From Octopus vulgaris (taxonomy: Eukaryota), in contig OX597832.1 in assembly GCA_951406725.2 (NCBI GenBank), positions 29,140,001 to 29,204,000 of the forward strand: DNA of 64,000 bases. The letters run 5' to 3'. The translations under genes were made by a program, and so were the position numbers. Below the pieces are notes generated by a model. The model was not told where the DNA came from, ran no database searches, and was given only the letters and a program-made list of their open reading frames with translations. Below, piece after piece: positions 14,439 through 27,297 of the stretch (its first letter is position 1; each line of letters opens with the position of its first letter).

Positions 14439-14820
14439 GTGGAGGCGCGATCGCCCAGTGGTTAGAACAGCGGGCTCGCGGTCGTAGGGTCGTGGTTTCA
14501 ATTCCCAGACTGTTGTGAGTGTTTATTGAGCGAAAACACTTAAAGCTCCATGAGGCTCCGGCAGGGGGTGGTGACGAACCTTGCTGTATTCTTTCACTAC
14601 GACTTCCTCTCACTCTTTCTTCCTGTTTCTGTTGTGCCTGTATTTTCAAAGGGTCCAGCCTTGTCACGCTCTGTGTCACGCTGAATCTCCCTGAGAATTA
14701 CATTAAGGGTACACATGTGTCTGTGGAGTGCTCAGCCACTTGCACGTTACTTCCAAGAGCAGGCCGTTCAGCTGATCGGATCAACTGGAACCCTCGTCGT
14801 CGCAACCGACGGAGTGCCAC
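14439..14820 (+). mobile_element. tRNA-derived SINE sharing its head with the 3627 SINE but with a different (Nin/Deu-like) 3' body
   Basis: gtggaggcgc..agtggttaga..ctcgcggtcg..ggctccggcag..ctctttc shared; then gtcacgctgaatctccctgagaa..gagtgctcagccacttgcacgtt. Confidence 0.75.
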
Positions 14821-15170
14821 GATTTACGCAAAAATTCGAAACCAGCTCATAGACTGCACTCACTGCTAGGACATTGCCGTTTATTAAGCTTATGAGCTAC
14901 TACTCGGAGAATAGTTCAAAGAGCAGTGGAGAGGGTGGAATAAAAGACCTCTCCTCCGGGTAGATTCAATATAACGCTTAATACTGGTTTCATAAATTCA
15001 TTCACTGTAACATTTTTCATACTTTGGGTTCATGGAAAATACCTGCAACCCATCACCATGATGGTCTGTACTGGATTCAGAGGGAGCTTAAAAGTATTTA
15101 GGTACCTCTATACCTTACTTATGTTCCTCTCTTAGTCTCTTTCTCTCTGTCTGTATTCCCCCTCCCCCCC

Positions 15171-15222
<52 letters not shown>

Positions 15223-15223
<1 letters not shown>

Positions 15224-15428
15224 ATCAAAATAAGCAGCAAGGATATCCAGAGGTAATGCAGTACGATCGTTTCATGCAACTCCATTTAGGTATTACCTCT
15301 GGATATCCTTGTTGCTTATTTTGATTTTAATCACCTTGTTTTGAAATTGCATGGATAATACCGTACTAAACTGTGGTGCCTCAACTTAAGTACCGTATTC
15401 ATCTGAATCTAAATTTTTGTTGAACTCA
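15223..15428. mobile_element. Second copy of the fold-back Penelope-like fragment
   Basis: Same arms and tail as 5827-6016 with a longer loop; follows (TA)n. Confidence 0.6.
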
Positions 15429-15458
15429 TCTACCATAACTATACACACACACACACAC

Positions 15459-15518
<60 letters not shown>

Positions 15519-15525
15519 GCACACG

Positions 15526-15557
<32 letters not shown>

Positions 15558-15648
15558 AAAGAATGTGGTTGTGTAAGGCCGGAACAATGCGAGAAGGTAC
15601 AAAGTAAACTACAAAAAGAAAAAAAACATAACAAGGAGTCAGTCTTAC

Positions 15649-15828
15649 TTTGTATTTCTGTATTTTGAGGCTACGACTGGTCTCATTTTCTTTATAAGGA
15701 GGTCCACCGTGTATCTGAGATTTCTCCTGTTGCGCAACATTTCTGTGACAATGCGAATGATCTTGATAGTTCTTAGACTTCGAGGCTGTCACTTTAAATG
15801 GTAACGGCACCAAATTGTGTGGAAGAAT
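15649..15828 (-). other. Candidate internal exon (180 nt, open phase-0 frame)
   Basis: Acceptor cgtttcag|ATT, donor AAA|gtaaga; translates ILPHNLVPLPFKVTASK...SRSLKIQKYK; no homology recognised. Confidence 0.3.
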
Positions 15829-15879
15829 CTGAAACGTTTCCATTGCCATCACCCCAATGCACGAGGAAGTCATTAACGT

Positions 15880-16283
15880 TTCTTATTTCTTTATTGCCCA
15901 CGAGGGGCTAAACACAGAGAGGACAAACAAGGACAAACAAGGGGATTAAGTCGATTACATCGACCCCAGTGCGTAACTGGTACTTAATTTATCGACCCCG
16001 AAAGGATGAAAGGCAAAGTCGACCTCGGCGGAATTTGAACTCAGAACGTAGCGCTAGACGAAATACCTATTTCTTTACTACCCACAAGGAGCTAAACACT
16101 GAGGGTACAAACAAGGACAGACAAAGGGATTAAGTCGATTACATCGACTCCAATGCGTAACTGGTACTTATTTAATCGACCCCGAAAGGATGAAAGGCAA
16201 AGTCGACCTCGGCGGAATTTGAACCCAGAACGTAACGGCAGACGAAATACCGCTAGGCATTTCGCCCTGCCAGCTCGCCGCCT
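15880..16283 (-). mobile_element. SINE family B (Meta-domain-like), dimer
   Basis: Two head-to-tail units with gcctttcatcctttcggggtcgat..aagtaccagt on the minus strand and a single head. Confidence 0.9.
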
Positions 16284-16342
16284 ATTAACGTTTCTATCAA
16301 TACAGATCCTTTGAGAAACTGAGAGAACACTGAGAAACACTG

Positions 16343-16452
16343 GTTTATGTTCTTGATAACGGCGACCAATCAGCGCTGTTTAAGGTCCTTCGGGGTGCCG
16401 AACAAGGCCCTATCTTAAACCCCACCGTTAATCAACATTCTCGTCAATGCAA
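16343..16452 (+). pseudogene. Degraded non-LTR reverse transcriptase fragment
   Basis: With two frameshifts reads VLDNGDQSALFKVLRGVP-QGPILNPT-LINILVN, matching the RT motif GVPQGSxLSPxLFNI. Confidence 0.6.
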
Positions 16453-16965
16453 TAGTTTACTAACACGTTGTTACATTGTGTGACCTTGACACTTGCTCAC
16501 ACGGTGACCTTGGCATTTAAATCTGACCCAGAAGAGATCACTCTAAACTTTATAACTCTCAGTCTGTCACAAAATTTTAATTTGTTTACAAACAAGTCTT
16601 TACTGGTTTAGTAGCTGATAGAGATTTCACCTACAGTAGCAACCTGTCAAACCTTTGGACTCCAAACAAACAGATCGAAGTCGGATTTTCTGTCTCAGCG
16701 TGAACCGAGAGTGACATATAATGACTTTCATATTTATGTAAATGAGGCAAGTTTTCGAAAACGGATGAATTTATGGTGGTAAGTTTAAATATTAGACAAG
16801 TTTATTTACTATAGAAAACAACAACAACACAGAACCCAAAATCCAATTTAACGTTTGAGAGATTACAATGAAATGTGTAGGAGCAACGAACGTATAGGTG
16901 ATTGTCTTCAGGGTTAAAAATGGTATTTATTCCAGCATTGTTCCATGATCCAGAATCGAGGACAA

Positions 16966-17360
16966 TCTTTATATATAAAAATGAAGTTGTGTGTCTGTCT
17001 CCTACGATTTAGATTCCTAACTACTCCCACATTTTGCGGTGCAGTTTAACCAAAACCGGGTATCTTATAGTCGTGATTCATATCGAGCCCTTCTGGGTAT
17101 TAGCGCGCGTCTACGATGAGTCTACGATTAAAAAAAAAAATTCCATCATTTTCCCCCATTTTTAATGCATTTTTTTGCTATTATATAAGGGAAGTAACTC
17201 TCTAAAAATGTATCATTAAATCTCAGAACGTAAAAAGCTACAGTAACACCCCTCCTTTGAGGTTAGCCATATTGAGATGGCTAATTATGCTTTACACTCT
17301 AAAAATGCTTATATAGTTATTTCCCTTACAAACCCGAGCAACGCCGGGCGATGCTGCTAG
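16966..17360 (+). mobile_element. Non-autonomous Helitron
   Basis: A|TC 5' end (tctttatatataaaa), subterminal hairpin cccgagcaacgccggg, CTAG|T 3' end, no TSD. Confidence 0.85.
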
Positions 17361-17962
17361 TATTCGATAAGAACCAAAAAGAATTGCACTGCTTTCAAGT
17401 GATTTCTCTCAAAAGAATTATGGGAATAAAATGACAAATGAGAACATTAAGGAATTTCTCCAAATCATATTCTTTTATGCTAAGCATACATACCGTACGA
17501 CCAAAGTTCCAAATCACCTCGTTTGCATGAAACGACCATTTTCAGAGGAAGTTAACTCAAGGCAGGTCAATGGGGAGGATGAAGAGGAGGAGGAGAGAAA
17601 AGATGCCTTTCAGGATTCTCCTTTGAGACACAGATTTTTGAGACATAGATTTTTGATTTTAAGAGAGAATATTGGAAAACCTTGTCCAAAGAATGACCCT
17701 CGCAGAACGACGTCATTTAGAAAGACTCGCTCGGTCCTGGCGTCCAAACAAAGCCGATGTATGAAGTTGCGTGTTTGAGGTCACGTGTAAATGAAGTAGA
17801 TGAGGTTTTTTTTGAATGGGGGTCACGGAAGAGAAGATTTGAAAATTCCTTGAACGGTTTTGCTCTATTAATCACAAGAAGCAAGGTGTGTGTGTGTGTG
17901 AGTGTGTGTGTGTGTGTGTGTCTATGCATCTCTCTCTCCCCCATTTCTCTCTCTGTATGTAT

Positions 17963-18020
<58 letters not shown>

Positions 18021-18231
18021 ACATGTATACGCATGCATCCGGCGAGTGATATATATATCATTTAATAAATGCAAAAGTTATACGTGAGCTACTTCAAGTT
18101 TCGTGTTCGGATTGCTTAATGAACGGACAGACTCGTATAAGTGCGCAGGATATGCATGATATGCTATACAAGCCCGTCTGATTACTACACTATCCGAGCA
18201 TGAAGCTTGAAGTAGCTCGCGTTTAACTCCT

Positions 18232-18308
<77 letters not shown>

Positions 18309-18453
18309 AAATATATACGTTTTATTTATTATTTTGCACATTACTTACTCATCGTTATATTTTTTTATCTTATATTTAATATTTCTATTATATGTAATTT
18401 TCTAGATGGTGTAATTTAATTTTTCATTTTGAATTGATAAAAGGTTGTTTTTT

Positions 18454-18514
<61 letters not shown>

Positions 18515-18516
<2 letters not shown>

Positions 18517-18913
18517 CCTAGGAGTGGCTTTGTGGTAAGTAGCTTGCTTACCAACCACATGGTTCCGGGTTCAGTCTCACTGCGTGGCACTTTGGGCAAG
18601 TGTCTTCTACTATAGCCTCGGGCCGACCAAAGCCTTGTGAGTGGATTTGGTAGACGGAAACTGAAAGAAGCCCATAGTATATATGTATGTGTATGTGTGT
18701 GTGTATATGTTTGTGTGTCTGTTTGTTCCCCCCAACATCGCTTGACAACCGATGTTGGTGTGTTTACGTCCCCGTAACTTAGCGTTTTGGCAAAAGAGAC
18801 CGATAGAATAAGTACTAGGCTTACAAAGAATAAGTCCTGGGTCAATTTGCTCGACTAAAGGAGGTGCTCCAGCATGGTCACAGTCAAATGACTGAAACAA
18901 GTAAAAGAGTAAA
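18515..18913 (+). mobile_element. SINE family A, full length
   Basis: Same as 7249-7643. Confidence 0.92.
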
Positions 18914-18919
18914 GATATA

Positions 18920-18981
<62 letters not shown>

Positions 18982-19019
18982 GTGTGTGTGAGTGTGTGTA
19001 TGATTATATGTATATATAC

Positions 19020-19230
19020 AGGTCGAACTGGCAGACTCATTAGCATGCCGAATGAGATGCATAGAGGCATTTCGTCCGTGTGCACGTGCTGAGTGCAGAA
19101 TCTGTCGAGATCGACTTTGCTTTTCATATTCTCCGGATCGATAAAATAAGTACCAGTTGATTACCAGGAACGATGTGCGCGACTTACCCCCTCACCCAAA
19201 ATTGCTGGCCTTGTGCCAAAATTTGAAACC
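19020..19230 (+). mobile_element. SINE family B, diverged variant
   Basis: actggcaga..tcgactttgc..tcgataaaataagtaccagtt..ggccttgtgccaaaatttgaaacc. Confidence 0.7.
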
Positions 19231-19369
19231 GATACACACACATATACACACATACACACACACACACACACACACATACACACACAGGCAATAAGCCCAA
19301 AATAGAACTGAGAAGACTGTAGTTCAAGTGAGGACTTATTGCGTGTGTTGAGAAATGTCTAATGTATAT

Positions 19370-19875
19370 AATGTGTGTGCGTGTGTGCGTACGTGTGTAT
19401 GCGTGTATATCATGTATGTGTGTTTTTGTGAGTATGTACGTGTGTATGTGTGTGTATATGTGTGTCTGTGTGTGTGCGTGTGTGTGTATAATGTGCGTGC
19501 ATGAGTGTGTGCGTGTGTTTATGTGTGTTTGAGTGTGTGTTTATGTGTGTGCATACGTGTGTATATTGCGTGTGTGTGTGTGTGTGTACTTGTGTATGTG
19601 TGTGTGCGCACGTCTGTATGTGTGTGTGTGTGTATGTGTGTATGCGTGTGTGTGTGCGTACGTGTGTATGTGTTTGTGTATAATGTGTGTGTATGTGTGT
19701 GTGTGCATGTGTCTATGTGTATGTGTTCGTGCGTGTGAGATTATGTGTGCGTTCGTGTGTATAACGTGTGTGTGCGTGTGTTTGTGTGTGCGCGCATGTG
19801 TGTGTGTGTATGCGTACGTGTGTATGTGTGTGTGTGTACGCGCGCGTGTGTGTGTATGTCTATGTGTATACACGC
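19370..19875. repeat. Degenerate (TG)n tract
   Basis: Directly visible. Confidence 0.95.
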
Positions 19876-19919
19876 GAGGATGTTTCTAAACATGTAATTT
19901 TAGATGTATACATATTTTA

Positions 19920-20117
19920 TTCTTTTACGTTTCGGTTATTTGACTGTGGCCATGATGGAGCACCGCCTTGAGTTGAACAAATCGATCCCAGGACTTCGTC
20001 TTTGTAAGCCTAGTACTTATTCTATCGGTCTCTTTTGCCGAACCGCTAAGTTACGGGGTCGTAAACACATCAGCATCGGTTATCAAGCGATGGTAGGTGG
20101 GTAGGTAGACAAACACA

Positions 20118-20158
<41 letters not shown>

Positions 20159-20335
20159 GTATATATACGACGGGCTTCTTTCAGTTTCCATCTACCAAAT
20201 CCACTCACAAGGTTTTGGCCGACCCGAGGCTATAGTAGATGGCACTTGCCATAGTAGGTGTCACGCAGTGGGATTGAACCCAGAACCATGTGGGTGGGGA
20301 GAAGCTTCTTACCACCCAGCTACACCAGCGCCTAT
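19920..20335 (-). mobile_element. SINE family A
   Basis: Reverse complement of the family A consensus. Confidence 0.9.
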
Positions 20336-20367
20336 GTACAAATATGAGTAAACATTTTTGCATGAGT

Positions 20368-20590
20368 ATATGGCTTAGTGGTTTAGAGCGTTGAGTTCAC
20401 AATCATGAGATAGTGAGTTCGATTCCCGGACCGGGCTGTGTGTTGTGTTCTGGAGCAAGATACTTTATTTTCACGTTGCTCCAGTTCACTCAGCTGTAGA
20501 AATGAGTTGCGACATCACTGGTGCCAAGCTGTATCGGCCCCTTTGCCTTTCCCTTGGACAACATCGGTGGCGTTGAGAAGGGGGTCTTTA
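20368..20590 (+). mobile_element. tRNA-derived SINE (family D)
   Basis: tggcttagtggtt..tcacaatcatga..gttcgattcc..gagcaaga..cagctgta; related copies near 24185-24325 and 44709-44850. Confidence 0.7.
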
Positions 20591-21143
20591 TACGATATGT
20601 ACATATGTTTAACCCTAGGCCATGTGAGTGATCCTTTATAGCTTCATGTATCAATGGTCATGTGTCTGCATTTATGTGCATCGGTTTAATCATACCTTCA
20701 ACTTTCCCGTGAAGGGACACGGCCTTGTTAGGCCGTTGCTCTCACGAGCGACAGATAGCGATTTCGATTCCCGGGCCAGGTGATACATTGTGCTCTCGAG
20801 AAATCCACTTAACTTGATGTTGTTCCAGTGCATTCAAGATGTAAATAACTACCAATGGCAATTGGGGCGGGGAAAGATGGGTGGATGAGTGGTTGAGGGT
20901 ATCGAATCCTGCGATAAATTGGTGTCCCATCCAGGCGCAAGTTCTTGTATTATTATTATCAGTCATTTAAACATCACGGTGACTGTGAGGCGGGGGAGTA
21001 GGGGTCAATTCGGTGTTGTGTGTATGCGTGTGTATGTGCCCATGTGTGTGAATGTATGTGTATATGTGTGTTTGTGTGTATATATATGCATGTCTATCTA
21101 CATGTATGTGTGTACGTATGTCTGTATATATGTATGTGTATGC

Positions 21144-21203
<60 letters not shown>

Positions 21204-21359
21204 CACACACATATATATTTTCTGAGAAAAATATACATATATACATATATGCACATGCATGTGGGTATATGTGCATATATATGTATGCATGTATACACCG
21301 TAGATATATACATACATGTACATACACACACACTCACACACACATATATACAGGTATGA

Positions 21360-21597
21360 AAGGCGGCGAGCTGGCAGAACCGTTAGCGCGCCGGGCGAAA
21401 CGGTTTGCAGTATTTCGCCTGTCTTTATGTTCTGAGTTCAAATTCCGCCGAGGTCGACTTTGACTTTTCATCCATTCGGAGTCGATAAATTAAGTACCAG
21501 TTACGCATTGGGGGTCGATGTAATCGACTTAATAATCCGTTTGTCTGTCCTTGTTTGTCCCCCTCTGTGTTTAGCCCCTTGTGGGTAGTAAAGAAAA
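21360..21597 (+). mobile_element. SINE family B monomer
   Basis: ggcggcgagctggcagaa head, gagttcaaattcc B box, tail gtgggtagtaaagaaa. Confidence 0.9.
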
Positions 21598-22361
21598 ATG
21601 TACAGGTATGATTATACGTTCGCGCCTGTGTGTGTGTGTATGTGTATAGATATATGCGTGTGCGTCCGTGCGGATATATATATATATTAATATATATGCG
21701 TGTGTTCATTTGCGTGCATGCATGCGTGTGTTAAAAAGGTGTAAGGGTCGCACTGGAGTCTATTAAGACGTTGTGTGTTGCCAGCGCGATATTTGGGGAG
21801 TGAAGAGAGGAGGGAGTAGATTAGGGGAGGAATTGAAGGGGAGGAGAAGATGATAGTGTTAAACGATAAGGGTAGAAGGAAGAGGATGTGTGTGTATGTG
21901 TATGTATCTGTGTTTGTGTGTGTGTGTCTTATATATAAATATATGTGTTTGTGAGAGAGGAGGGCGCAAAGGGTGTAGTGAGAGTGAGCAAAGGAGAAGG
22001 TGGAAGAAGACTTGGGAACAAGGCGAGAGAGTAGGAGGAAGAGCAGTAAGGTAAGACTATAGGAGGAGAAGGGTGAGATGCTCCCTTGAATGTGATATGG
22101 CAATGTTAGAGAGGGAAAAACTTATAGGAAAGACAGAGAGGGGGAAAGGAGCGAAACAATGTGATGGAGTAGGAGGAGAACAAGGGTGATAGCTTCCTGT
22201 CTCCCCTTCGGATAGAAAGATAAATATAGAGAGGGTGAGCGGTGAGAGAGAGAGAAAGGGTGATATAGTAATGACAACAATAACAACAGCAGCAACAATG
22301 ATAACGTTGCGTGTGCTTCCCGTGTCTCTCCCCGTTTTTTAACTTTACTCACAACCCTTTG

Positions 22362-22395
<34 letters not shown>

Positions 22396-22425
22396 GGTGT
22401 GTATGTAAACGCTCGTGCACTTCCC

Positions 22426-22460
<35 letters not shown>

Positions 22461-22739
22461 TATACACACACACACATATATATACACACACACACACATA
22501 TATATATATACACACACACATACACATATTTTATACACACACACAATCACACGCACACACACATATATAAAAATATTATATACACATATACAAACATACG
22601 TGCACATACACATGCACACACACATACATGTATAACTCTTGGCTTCCCTTCCCCCATCTCCCCCTTTCTCTCAATCGTTCGCTCTCGCTATAACTTCTTT
22701 CTCTCTTTCTTTCTCTTACTCTCTCTCTCTCCTACTCTT

Positions 22740-22997
22740 ACTCCTCCTCCTCTCTCAACCTTAGACCAGCAGAACCGAGCTCCTGGTGGTGGTAATAGCT
22801 GTTGCCTGTCTTACTAAGCAATAGTAGTTGTAGTAGTAACTGTTGTTGTTGTTGTTGATGTGGAGGAGAGGGCAACAGCAGCAGCAACAACAAGAACCGT
22901 AGTAGCAACAGCAGCAGCAGCAGCTCGATTGGCCGCCGCCGCCCCCCCTCCTCCTCCTCTTCCACCACCAGCAACAGCTCCACCACAAGATGGCGGC
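22740..22997 (+). promoter_or_regulatory. GC/CpG-rich promoter or 5'UTR with reversed CCAAT box and YY1 motif over the start codon
   Basis: gattgg at ~22927, gccgccgccgcccccc, (GCA)n/(GTT)n runs and caagATGgcggc at 22986-22997. Confidence 0.6.
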
Positions 22998-23176
22998 CCG
23001 TTCTCCCTGTCCTGTCTTACCAGACCGGCTAAAGCCGCTCTGTTGGATCATTATAGCCGTTCTTATAAGCCATGGATATTGTCGCACTCCGAGTAAATCA
23101 CAGACCAGCAGCTGTAGGCAGAGTTTCCACGAAATCACGTTTAATCGAAGTCATGTACCCGATTCACCGATCCTGG
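22990..23176 (+). CDS. First coding exon of an unidentified secreted or type-I membrane protein
   Basis: MAARSPCPVLPDRLKPLCWIIIAVLISHGYC|RTPSKSQTSSCRQSFHEITFNRSHVPDSPIL: good start context, basic n-region, hydrophobic h-region, N-R-S sequon, phase-1 donor G|gtacgt; non-repetitive sequence. Confidence 0.75.
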
Positions 23177-24512
23177 GTACGTATTCTCTTAATGTGTTTA
23201 TTATCTTCTTTCTTCAAGTCGGTTGCCTTGTCTAAAACAGGCTCGACCAGATACCCATGTGTGTTTATTGTAACAAACTCAAAATGACTAGAGCTAAACT
23301 ATACCCTATACTCTCCAATTAAACTATTATAATGCTCCATTGTGTTCCAATGAGAAAACAATCTTTTTTTCTTTACACCGTCTAAATGAATCACAGGTAA
23401 AGATTTTTATGTATCGTTGTTCCACTCTTCCGTACAACCTCTCTCTCTTTCTCTCTCTCTCACTATATATATATATATATGTTATATATGTTATATATAA
23501 AGGGAAAGTTTACGAATATATATATATATCTGTTGGGTCTACTTCTTATCTGTCTGTTAATCTATTTCTATCTTTCTATTTATCTATCATACTCTGTCAC
23601 ACGCACTCCTTCTCTATCCTATCTATCTATCTGTCTATTGCATATATACTGTGACAAACATACACTGTATTTAATCTATGACTGTGCGTGTGTGTGTAGA
23701 AAGTAGACTATCCGTGAACCCCTATTAATTTTGATTCACTTGGCTTTCTTCCGATATACACACTATCTACCTACCTATCCTTCGAACTATATACCTATCT
23801 ACATATCTATTTATGTGTGTGTATATGTATGTATATATAAAAATATACATACGTGAGTGACTGTACACACACACACGCGCACATATATATGTATACATAC
23901 ATGCATACCTCCATATATAATATATATATTATAGGAATGGGCCCTCTCATAAATTTCTACTAATGAAAAAGAAATATATATACATACATATATATACTTG
24001 TGTGTATATATATATATGCATACACACACACACATATATATATATACATACATACATACATACACACGCACTCATTTTTTTGGTATGTTGTATCAAACCT
24101 ATATTGTATACGCGCGCATGTGTCTGTGTTTGTTATATATATATATATGTGTGTGTGTGTATATATACGTATAGATACTTAGGTTAGCGGAGCCTAGTGC
24201 TTTACTGTGGTCGGATAGTGCGATTGCGGGGACCAATTCTTGTTCTGGGTTACACACCGTAACCCTTGAGCAAGTCTCTTTATTCCGTGTTGCTCCAGCC
24301 TAGTCAGCTGTAATGAGTAGCAGCTCGGTGCCCGTGCAGCAGTCTCCCCCCTCCCTCAGCCCCACCCCATTTCCAGCTGTTAGATCCTCCTGGATGCTCC
24401 GCCGGTTCACGAGCGAGAGAGTAGAAAGGTTGCCTGTGTCTGCTTGCGACTGCATGAGTACCTAAAATAATCCGTAAAAATTGGGTACATGATACCAAGC
24501 TGTACCTACCGA

Positions 24513-24559
<47 letters not shown>

Positions 24560-24563
<4 letters not shown>

Positions 24564-24727
24564 GATTATATCGACTCCAGTGCGTAACTGGTACTTAATT
24601 TATCATCCTTTCAGGATCGATAAATTAAGTACCAGTTACGCACTGGGGTCGATATAATCGACTTAATCCCTTTGTCTGTCCTTGTTTGTCCCTTCCGTGT
24701 TTAGCCCCCTGTGGACTATAAAGAAAT
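24560..24727 (+). mobile_element. 5'-truncated SINE family B with inverted duplication
   Basis: 24560-24604 is the reverse complement of ~24619-24663; normal tail follows. Confidence 0.88.
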
Positions 24728-25316
24728 AATATATATATATACATACACCTGTATGCGTGTGTGTATATATATCTAGGGAGATATAGTATTCATATCTGTA
24801 CATGTATATATGTGTGTGTATAAAATAACGTGTATGATCTGTATATTTATATATATATATATACACACACGTATACACGTATGTATTTATGCTTGTATAT
24901 ATGTCTGTATTCATATATTTTGTGTGTCCCATACATATATGTATGTATATATATATAATTGCATAGACATTATTTTTAAGACGTGTGTGTGTATATATAT
25001 ATATATATATAATAATTATTATTATTATTATCATTATTAAGATACCTTCTGTAAGGAAGCTGTTCTCAGTTTCTGAATCAGGTAGAGAGTTGCGAAGTTT
25101 ACCTGGGATACTGGAGAAGTCAGCCGGCAACTGACGGAAGACTGGCGTCCAAGCCAGCAGCAGCAGTTTCAACACTTATTTTCCTACATACCGTAGATGT
25201 TCCAGGATATATATATATATATATAATAACGTTGCGTGGAAACAATTGTGGTGGTTACAATTAAATGTTCCTTTCTACCCCTTGTTGACTGCAACTTATT
25301 CAGTTATATGTGGGTA

Positions 25317-25478
25317 TCAAATTCCGCCGAGGTCAACTTTACCTTTCATTCTTTCGGGGTCGATAAATAAAGTACCAGTTTCGCACTGGGGGGGGGGGGC
25401 GATATAATCGACTCAATCCCTTCGTCTGTCCTTGTTTGTCCCCTCTGTGTTTAGCCCCTTGTGAGCAGTAAAGAAATA
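25317..25478 (+). mobile_element. SINE family B, 5'-truncated
   Basis: aattccgccgaggtc..gtaaagaaata. Confidence 0.88.
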
Positions 25479-26000
25479 TATATACATATATACACACGCA
25501 GACACACTCGTAAGTGGACAAATGAAAGAAAGTACCCCTCTACACATTTGGGGGGGGGGGGGTTAGATGCATTTGGTAATTGTTTTACTCAGCTCTGCGT
25601 TGCTTTAAGTTTCGTGGTGGCCCAGGACACGTCTGTCTGTCTCTTAACATTTGAGAGGCGATGGGCATTTTTGCGCGCCCTCAAAAACTCATTCGCCTGA
25701 AGTTGATTGAATCCAAACTTACAAACACAAACACAGATAACATTTCAATAACCACTTATGTTTGTGATACACACTTGTGGTTCTGTGCTTTCCCATTACT
25801 TTTAATCTCTCTCTTTCTCTCTCACACATACACACACTCACATGCACGCACTCACGCACACATATATTCACATTATATACGCACATGTATACGATATGCA
25901 TGAACACACTTAAGGAATACTCACTCATGTATGTCTGTACATAGATACTTACACGCATACTCACAAGCATGTATATAATAAATTTGTGTATAATAATTGC

Positions 26001-26036
<36 letters not shown>

Positions 26037-26098
26037 TTATAAAATACAAAATGGGACAAATGTATGTATATGTAAATATATATATGTAAGTGTGTGTG

Positions 26099-26146
<48 letters not shown>

Positions 26147-26240
26147 CAAAATGGGACAAGAACATATATGTATGTATATGTAAATATATATACATACATG
26201 TATGTATGTATGCGCGCACACATTTTCATTCGTATACTTA

Positions 26241-26272
<32 letters not shown>

Positions 26273-26894
26273 CTTGCACACCTTTATACAGAGTACATTC
26301 AGACTCCAAGATAATTGGTGCTTTTGAACGACTAGCATCAAGTTTAAAGGACTAAATCCAAAGTAGTGTAGATTCTATGTGTGTGTTGAGATATATATAT
26401 ATATATATATATATACACGCACCGCAAGAGTGTGTGTGTGTTGAAAGAGGGAGAGAGAAGTACGGGGACGGATGGTTTGATCGGAGAGAGAAATATATCT
26501 TATTTATAGATAAGGGCAGAAGTGTGATGTATCTATTTTTATGATCATCTCGCTAGGTTTCTTGTTGGTTAACATCGTAGACATGGTGGAAACTACTACA
26601 CGCACCACTGGTGAGCCATCCCTACACCGCCACAGCCACACACACGCATGTGTCTGTGTGTGTGTGTTCTTGTGTGTCTGTTTGTGGTACGTAGACACTG
26701 GAGAATCTCTCTCCTAAGGTACATCATAATTTGTTTAAGGAATGGTTTTATTGTAGAATGTTTAAGAATTAGATGAGGCTTAGGATTAGTGTTTACCTGA
26801 ACTCAATAATAATGGAGGGAATCTCCAGTATCAATGTATTTATATCATGTAAAGTATCTATCTGCCTATCTATCTCTTTCTCTCTTCTCTCTCT

Positions 26895-26925
26895 ATCTAT
26901 TTGTCCGTCTGTCTATCTCTATGTC

Positions 26926-26962
<37 letters not shown>

Positions 26963-27017
26963 ATATCTATATATCTATCTATCTATCTGTCTATCTATCT
27001 ATCTATCTATCTATCTA

Positions 27018-27066
<49 letters not shown>

Positions 27067-27095
27067 CCATATCTGTCTATCTATTTATCTCCATA

Positions 27096-27126
<31 letters not shown>

Positions 27127-27205
27127 GCCTCTTTATTTATCTATCTATCTGTCTCTCTATCTACATGTCTGTACCTGTCTGCTTCTCTCCCGCCGTATAT
27201 AGATA

Positions 27206-27296
<91 letters not shown>
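26895..27296. repeat. (TCTA)n, (TC)n and (TA)n microsatellites
   Basis: Directly visible. Confidence 0.95.

Positions 27297-27297
<1 letters not shown>

Noticed and set aside
17431-17778. 115-aa plus-strand ORF with an acidic run
   Set aside because: No recognisable domain; the acidic run is a (GAG)n repeat; the splice-like signals point to the opposite strand.
22738-23138. Overlapping ORFs at 22738, 22761 and 22860
   Set aside because: Trinucleotide-repeat translations overlapping the better-supported 22990 frame.
25040-25180. Minus-strand peptide MLKLLLLAW..KLRNSLPDS
   Set aside because: TTG start; resembles the LWNSLP end of LINE ORF2; too short to call.
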